Under the pieces are notes generated by a model. That model did no database searches, was not told the DNA's origin, and saw only the letters and a program-made list of their open reading frames with translations. This document shows positions 56,124-64,000 of a DNA stretch of 64,000 nucleotides, piece after piece. Source of the DNA: Chrysomallon squamiferum (lineage: Eukaryota; Animalia; Mollusca); NCBI GenBank assembly GCA_012295275.1, contig CM022667.1, forward strand, positions 5,580,001-5,644,000. The letters run 5' to 3'. Position 1 is the first letter of the stretch, and every line of letters starts with the position of its first letter. The position numbers and the translations under genes were made by a program.

Positions 56124-58599
56124 TCAACACTGTCTCTGACTTGTGTGTTCATAGACAGTGAGTACTAAGTATGGTGAGTCTTTTCTAGCTTGCAGTGGTG
56201 AGTAATTGTTTGTAGTATCTCTATCTCTTTCAGTATCTGAAACCAAATATGTAATAGTTGCACATCATGTCTTATACAGTAGCTGTAATAATAGTAATAT
56301 CAGAAGTAATGGAAGATCAGCACACAGAGTTCATAGCAATTAAAATAGTTGTCTGTGTGTTGATCAAAGAATGAAATTTTAAGATTAGTTATGTTTTTCA
56401 AAATATAACAGATCATATTAAGTAAGATTTTGTATTGTGCCTATTCCATTTATAGTTCATAATTATATATTCATGGTTGTAGAGACATAATCTATGAATC
56501 ACAAAATATTTTGTTACTATAGTTATAGTGAGCAGATTGATATACCATCTGTCTTTCCTGTCTGGCCAAGACAGATTTGATAATAGTAATTAAAAACCTG
56601 CTATTTTAGCTAAATGTTATATTTTTATAAGCAAAAAAAAAAAAAAAAACAAGAAAAAAAAAAGAAGAATACTATAACACACTGTATTTATGCTGATTTT
56701 GATTACTTCTCTTTTTCAGTTATTTAATAATTTATTATTATTATTAATTTTTTTTTTCCATTCTAAAAACTAGCAGGTTTTACTGACTTTGACTTTGTTC
56801 AAGATCGTCATAGAGAGAAGATTCCTGTACTCCAGTGTTAACCTGTCTGAAACAAACAAACAAAACTCTCCGATTATTGAATTATATTATTTTTTTAGCA
56901 TATTAAAATAACATCTTTAAGATAAATAAATAAATAAACAAATAAATAAATAAATAAGCAAAATTAATAAAAGGATATAAAAAAAAAAATTAAAATTAAA
57001 AAGCAATAAATTTGTATAATTATTAAGTGAACTCAACATGTAGTGATAAACAATGCAGTTTCATATCAGTTTAACATTCATTTTTATTTTGGTGTCTCAA
57101 TATACTGTAATATTAATTACCTTTGTGTATAAACGTGATCTGTTATACACTTCTCTAAAATAAAAGAAAAAATCAAAATTAAATGTAAAAGAGGTGAAAT
57201 GACATTAATTAGATTATCAGTCCTGAATCACTATAAAATTACAAAAATAATAATAACAATAAAAAAAACCCCATAAATTAAAGAAAAATATATAAGAAAT
57301 TATGTGCAACGATAGAAGAAAACAAAATAAATTCATTTGAATGTAGGAGTGCCTTAAAAGAAAAAAGTAAATAAATGAAAAAAGTTAAACAAAAAAGAAG
57401 TATTCACTTGTTTTAATCCAGTGAATTAAAATAATAACTGCACCGAGAAGAAAAATTACAAGCAGTGTAATTCCAATTCCAATACCAATTCCTATGCACA
57501 GTAATCTGTCCTTTTCTGATGTACAGTCTGAAAATTCAACAAATAATAATAATAATAGTAGTAATAGTAATAGTAATAATTGATATATAAGTAGAACTAT
57601 ATTTTCTAGATCTACTTCATGATATGACTAAAAATTATTATAACATTCAACAATCACACAATTATAATAATTAATATTAACGTTTTCAGCTGTTTTACTG
57701 TAAATTGCCTATAAAATTAACATTTCACTGTACTGAAAGTATAAGGGAAATTAAGTCAGTGCAGTAGCTCCATTCAAACTTTGACTCTTACTCAGGGTAA
57801 TAATCATCAGTTTCTTGTAGCCTGTATGAGAAACTTGTTGTATGTGTCATTGTTAAAAAGGTATTTTTAATTCAATTTACCACAAAAAAATATCTCCTTT
57901 TCCTCAGTAAAGTGCTTGAATCCAAATTTGTTAAAAGCCAAAATTCGAATCAGATATCTTGTGTTTGGTTGTAAACTAGAAATCTCTGCTGTGTGATTTG
58001 TGTGAAGACCTTTTCCACCAAACTTTCAGTGAGATTTGTCCACTCAGATGTTGTGTCTGCTCGATACTGTACAAGAAATGTTTGTTGTGATCCTCCATTA
58101 AGTTCTTCTGTCCAAGACACTGACACTGAATGTGGACCAGTACTCCAAGTTTTCACGTCAGAGGGAACAGTTGGAGGACCTTCGAATTAAATATTTTATC
58201 ACTGGTTTGTTGAAAATTCTCAAAGATTATAAATAAAGGATTTATATCATATAACTGAATACATGAACATTTAAATGTTTTGGAAACTGTAGTTCTACTT
58301 CAGTTGAAATTAAATATTTATCTACAATTCTGAAAGAAAAATCATGTTGTTGGTTTGATAATAGTAGAAATGTTTTTAAACTTGAACTTTCAAATCAGAT
58401 TAATTCATGAAGAAAACAGCTAAATGTTACAAACATATCTGTCACATGCTCAGATATCATTTATGCAAACGATGAACAAGAGCTTCACAAAAGACAGAAA
58501 TGATACTGAATCACACACACACACACATGCGCAAAAACATCATTTTGACCTGATACCATACCCATTTTATGTAGAATTGTAACTTTGTTACTATTACTA

Positions 58600-58657
<58 letters not shown>

Positions 58658-61093
58658 TGTTTTGGGTTTTTTGTCATTTCTGCACACAATATTAAAAAAA
58701 ATTGAAAATATTTACACTGTCCTTTTATAAAAAAAAACATTATGTAATACCTTCTTCAGTGAGATTTAATTTTTCCACAAGATATGTTTTAGATTCTCCA
58801 TTTGACACAACAACCTGATAGATTCCAAAATCTTCTTCTTTGACATTTGTCAGTTTATATTCACCTACAGCAGACACATTTGTAGTGTTTACAGGTTGTG
58901 TAGATCCAAGACTTTTATTGTTTACATCTGTGAGTTTATACCAGGTAAATGTTGGAACTGGATTGGCAATCACAGAAATGTGTAGAGTTACATTTCCACC
59001 GTCTACAGCAGCAAATTTGTCCTGAAATGAAACTCGATGATCCAGTCTTGGTGAACCTGAAGAAAATAAGTTCCTTATTATTCACATGCCATCAAAAGAT
59101 ATTTAAAAACCACAAAAATGAAAAAAAAAGAAAAAAAAGAAATGGAATTGTGAAGGAAGATATTCAGGAGAAACACTGTAAATACAAAATTAAGTAAACT
59201 TTTCTAAATGACAGTAAGCTATATTGGACACTGCCTCAACAATATGGTATTGTGGGAAAAGCAACAAGTCATATAATAGCTGAACAATTAAAACATAATA
59301 AAATTCTGTATTTTCTAGCAGAAAATACAACTCTATGTAAACAGCAAATGTAAAGTAACAATGTGAACTATTCTGAAAAAGTAACTGAAAGAAACAAATT
59401 TCAGTATGATTTTTTACTGAGGTGATAATTAAAAAAGATGGTTGAAAACAGACATGAATAAAATGGTTTTGTTTCCCATTTGTGATCTAGATTTGTTTTC
59501 TTCACAAATGCTAAACAGTTGTTTACATTCACCAGTGAGCTGATTTATTTGGGAAATTTTTGATACCATTTTGTAACCAGAGGCATACTATTTGATAAGC
59601 ACATTTTTGTTTCTAAAGTATTCATTCTGTTGTACTTATGAAATGGATTGTTAAAATTCTGATAGCAAATACTAAAAACATCACTAACATCAGTTAATTA
59701 CAACATTTGGTAACTAGAGGATATAAAATTATAGTGACTTTTTAAAATTATTATTATGTTTTTTTTCTTTTTGTTTGCATTTTATCTGCATCAAACATTT
59801 GTCACTTGTGAAAACACTAATAATAATTATTGTCTGTGAATGTGGTATGTCAGAAATAAGGTAAATGTCTTTTACCAGTGTATTTTGAAAAACTTTATTA
59901 ATAAACAGACTGCATGTCCCAGCAGTACACAATATCTGATTTGGCATATCAAATAATTATGTTATATGTACAGTTTATAATCAGTTTTTTAATTAAATGT
60001 TTTTCTTCAAATATTGTTATTTTTCATCTTATTAATTCATGACTTGAAACTGCATCTGCTTGGTTCACATAGCAAAATTGTTTAGTTTACTGGTTTTTAA
60101 AAATGTTTTTAAAAATGTACATATGACTATCCTTCAAATATCCCAGAATAAATCTATATTGTTAAAGATAAAGAATTACATACATGTAACATTAAGCTGC
60201 ACACTTTGACTGACATCAGACTTGATGTTGTTTCCTGCTTCACAAGTGTAAAATCCTGTATCCAGACATCCAGCTTCATTCCAGCTGTACTCCACTGACT
60301 TGGAGTTTTTCACTTCACGTAGAATGTGTGAGTTGTTTAAGATCTTGATGTGAGATGCTGGATTACTGTCAACTTCACATCTCAGAGACATAGGAGTCAG
60401 TTCATTAACTGTTATCTTTGTAGACTTTGAGTTTAAAGTGAAAGAAGTTACTGAAGTCTGATCTGTAAGAAATACAAAAGAATAGGATGTTTTGAATCAA
60501 AAACAATTCAACATTAAGTAACAAGCTTTATATTCAGTAGTTTTAATCATTATCTGTTGGGTTGTTAATTTATCATTTTAAATTTTGATACATAACATTA
60601 TATGCTTTAGAAAAAAATAAAGAAGAAAAGACGGAAAGAAAAGGAAGGAAAAGAAAAAAGAAAATAATTTTATTAATAAAAAATTGTATTTGCTTTATTA
60701 TATAGCAAATCAAAATTTTTGTTCTATATATAACTGAAATGTTTAGGAAAAGCACCAGGATAGAATTTATGTTCAAGCAAAACAATAGAGTATCTAGATA
60801 TCACTCTTGAAAAACAAATTATTTTGGAGTCAGTGAAAGAAAAATAATCAAATAATGAAGAATTACTGGTCATTTTAGAAAAAAAGACACCTGATGTTAA
60901 TGAAGAAAAGGCTGAGCAGGTAATAAACTGATGAAGAATACTACTTCATAATATAGTAATGAATAGAGCCTACATCAAAACTGCTGAAAACCTGAACTGT
61001 TTTCTCAATCGGAAATAAATTTTAAAATGTCATAAAGTTATAATTCTTTTATTTCTGCCTGCTTATATATGATTTTACAGAAAAATTAAAGAA

Positions 61094-61132
<39 letters not shown>

Positions 61133-62844
61133 AACCAACACCAACAAATAAACAAACAACTATATCAACAAATATATGTATATATATTTGTTGATTTTGT
61201 AAATATAAGTAAATTTACAAACATACATATATACCTACATACGTACATACATACTCAGTAAAAGAATAAATATGTAAGTTTGTAAAAATGTTAGTCGGTT
61301 TATACAAATTACTTTCATTTGATATTTACTGACATATCTTAAAATGTAGATACATTATATAGTTATTTATTAAAGTTATTAATTAATAAAACTAAACTCA
61401 CACAGGACATCCAGTGTAACTGTTGTGTATTTTGATTTGTTTGAGTTTGAGTTGACAGCTGTACACGTGTAGACACCAGCCTGTGATTTGTCTACATCAT
61501 TTAAAGTCAACACAGCACTTGTAGACTTTGTGTGAGTTTTAAACTTCCACGTAAAAGAACAAGATGTACGACAATCTGCTTCACACAACACAGCCACATC
61601 ATCACCTTGCTGTACTGTCAGTGCAGAACTCACGTTTACTTTTACATTGTCTGGTCCATCTAAAGTACAAACAAAGTATTATATGTAGTTTTGTGCTCTT
61701 TCTCTGAAAAACTCTTTCATATACATATGTCTTTGTATATTGTTTTTCATACAGAAAATCTGAATTTCTTACAACAGAAAACATATATCTTTTCGCGTTG
61801 TTTATTGATAAATTGGATTATACATGAACATGAGGTTCAGTATAAATTTCTATTAATCCATATAGATGTGTGCGCGCACACACACACACACATTAGACAC
61901 ACACACGCACGCATACCTATGTAAATAAATAACAATGTTCTAGCTATACTTACAGTAAACTATCATATTTCTAAGGTTTGGGTGAATGTTCGTTGAAACC
62001 AGACAATGTTCTACAAATAAAACTTATTAAATTATACTCGCAGTATAAATCCTTTTCTAACAGATGATCGTGTTCTATGAATTAACATTATTAAACTATA
62101 CTTACAGTAAACATAGAGTTGAAACTGTTCAGATTTTTCCACTGATGTTATCGGGTTGTTTGCTGTACATTTATATATTTCACCTGTCTGCTGTCTACTG
62201 ATGTGAGGCAGAGTTAACTGAGAAGTTGAAGAACATATTTGATTGTTGAGTGACCAGGAATAGGAACATACAGGATTACAGAGAGAAGTACAGGTAACTG
62301 TCAGTGTGTCACCTTCTACAACTGTACCAGGTAATGATGGACTGAGTCTGACACTGTCTGGACCATCTGAATGTACAAATGTGATAACTGTTTAAAAATT
62401 ACATTTGATTATATCATATAATTTATATTTCAGAATCTGTGATGCCTAAAACAAAAATATACTTCAGACGTTAGCCCTAAATTTAGGAGTTATAAGTCAT
62501 CATTATAATTTTAGCAATGTCTTGGTAGATATCAAAATAACTCTTCTTTTGCCATCTAAATGTTAAAAAAGTTATTAATTTCTTAAAAAAATTAAAAATT
62601 TAAATAAATAAAATAAATAAATAAACAAATAAACAAATAAATATATATAAATAAAAATAAAATAAAATAAAATAAGTAAATTCAAATATTTAAAAATTAC
62701 CATTTTCACCAAAAGTGGAACAGCCGCCAAGATTGAATCTCTAGAAACGTAATTTCACAAAGTAGCCATTACTTAATTTTTCTGGATGATGAGGAATAAC
62801 ATTATTTTTATTTAATTTGATTATTACTATTGCTTCTCCTTCTT

Positions 62845-62875
<31 letters not shown>

Positions 62876-63552
62876 TTATTATTATTATTATTTATTTGTT
62901 TATTTATTTATTTATTTATTTATTTATTTTCATATATTGTAAATAATAAAATAAATTCGAGTTGAAGAATAGTATTAAGAGTTCATTTAAAGACCTCAAG
63001 AGATATCAACAACAAATGAGATGCATAAACATATTGATGTGAAATATTATATGTTCAGAAATGTAATAGAATTATGTATTGAACGACAAATATAATTTAA
63101 AAAAAAATAATAATAATAATAATAATAATAATGATGATGATGATGATACTACTACTACTACTACTACTAATAATAATAATAATTATAATAATAATAATAA
63201 TTTAAAAAAAATCTTAACTTACATATTTTAGTCTTATTGCATGTAGATGGATTTCCATTAGCTCCATCCTGACAAGTCCATATTCCAAAGTCTGTTGCTG
63301 TGTTAAAAGACTGGATAGTGAGAGTAATAGTCTGTGTTGTTGAGTCAATGTGAGCAGAGTAACCAGTGAAACAAGGAAACAGTCGACATCGAGTATTTTG
63401 TGTGCTACACTGAACAACATTTTGTGATGATCCAGAAGTAGGTCGAGAAAAGAGAATTCCACTTCTAACAGTACCACTAACTTTACACACCAACTGTGTA
63501 CTGTGTCCTTGTTGTCCACCACCCATACACTCAAGTGTTGTAGTAGCCTCAC
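56124..63552 (-). pseudogene. Gene F: IgSF receptor with a different V/Ig2/Ig3 type and a 1-nt deletion in the FN3 exon; SP exon lies beyond the window
   Basis: Exons: V 63223-63552 (GEATTTLECMGGG...DFGIWTCQDG), Ig2 62106-62366, Ig3 61402-61659, Ig4 60184-60462, Ig5 58751-59056, FN3 57881-58179 (299 nt versus 300 in the other copies; frameshift near 58025, stop at 57950), TM 57408-57527, tail 57121-57154, 56788-56846, 56124-56236. The frameshift could be a sequencing error. Confidence 0.75.
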
Positions 63553-64000
63553 CTGTCATTATTATTAAATATCAGGTATATCTATTATTTTTAATATTAG
63601 TTATTTTACATACTGTGTACCTGTTGTACATACAGTCAAGTGTTGTAGTAGCCTCACCTGTAATTATTATTAAATATCAGGTATATCTATTATTTTAATA
63701 TTACAGTTATTTTACTGTGTACTTGTTGTACATACAGTCAAGTGTTGTAGTAGTCTCACCTGTAATTATTATTAAATATCAGGTATATCTATTATTTTTA
63801 ATATTACAGTTATTTTACATTCTGAGTACTTGTTGTACATACAGTCAAGTGTTGTAGTAGCCTCACCTGTAATTATTATTAAATATCAGGTATATCTATT
63901 ATTTTTTAATATTACAGTTATTTTACATACTGTGTACTTGTTGTACATACAGTCAAGTGTTGTAGTAGTCTCACCTGTAATTATTATTAAATATCAGGTA
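63530..64000 (-). repeat. 102-108-bp tandem repeat (at least 4.5 units, runs off the window) made of the gene-F V-exon acceptor and first codons
   Basis: AG|GTGAG(G/A)CTACTACAACACTTGA recurs with exon-side starts at 63552, 63657, 63759, 63866 and 63974. Confidence 0.93.

Overview
AT-rich, microsatellite-rich animal genomic DNA with GT-AG introns. It is probably an invertebrate, possibly a mollusc, but the taxon is inferred. The window is a tandem, all-minus-strand cluster of six copies or partial copies (called A-F here) of one multi-exon immunoglobulin-superfamily type-I membrane receptor gene. The full layout is signal peptide, V-like Ig, four further Ig domains, FN3, TM and a three-exon cytoplasmic tail, and every ectodomain exon is phase 1-1. 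Splicing the small tail exons by hand (C, D, F) gives an ITIM-consensus motif (SLYDDL) followed by an ITAM-consensus motif (YSSL-x7-YSVL). The copies are mosaics of each other: shuffled V-domain loop blocks, near-identical exon cores in divergent introns, and three TM types, one with an intramembrane Glu. Three copies are truncated before the membrane, by a deletion (B), a nonsense change (C) and a frameshift (F). Overall it resembles a diversifying immune or allorecognition receptor complex, similar in architecture to the Hydractinia Alr family; homology is not shown. Also present are a decayed hAT transposon with a nested MITE, a Blackjack-like hAT remnant, three minisatellites (one built from a splice acceptor and possible 24-nt micro-exons), a conserved ETS/IRF-like promoter element and a 200-N assembly gap. 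All exon models were read by hand and have no transcript support.
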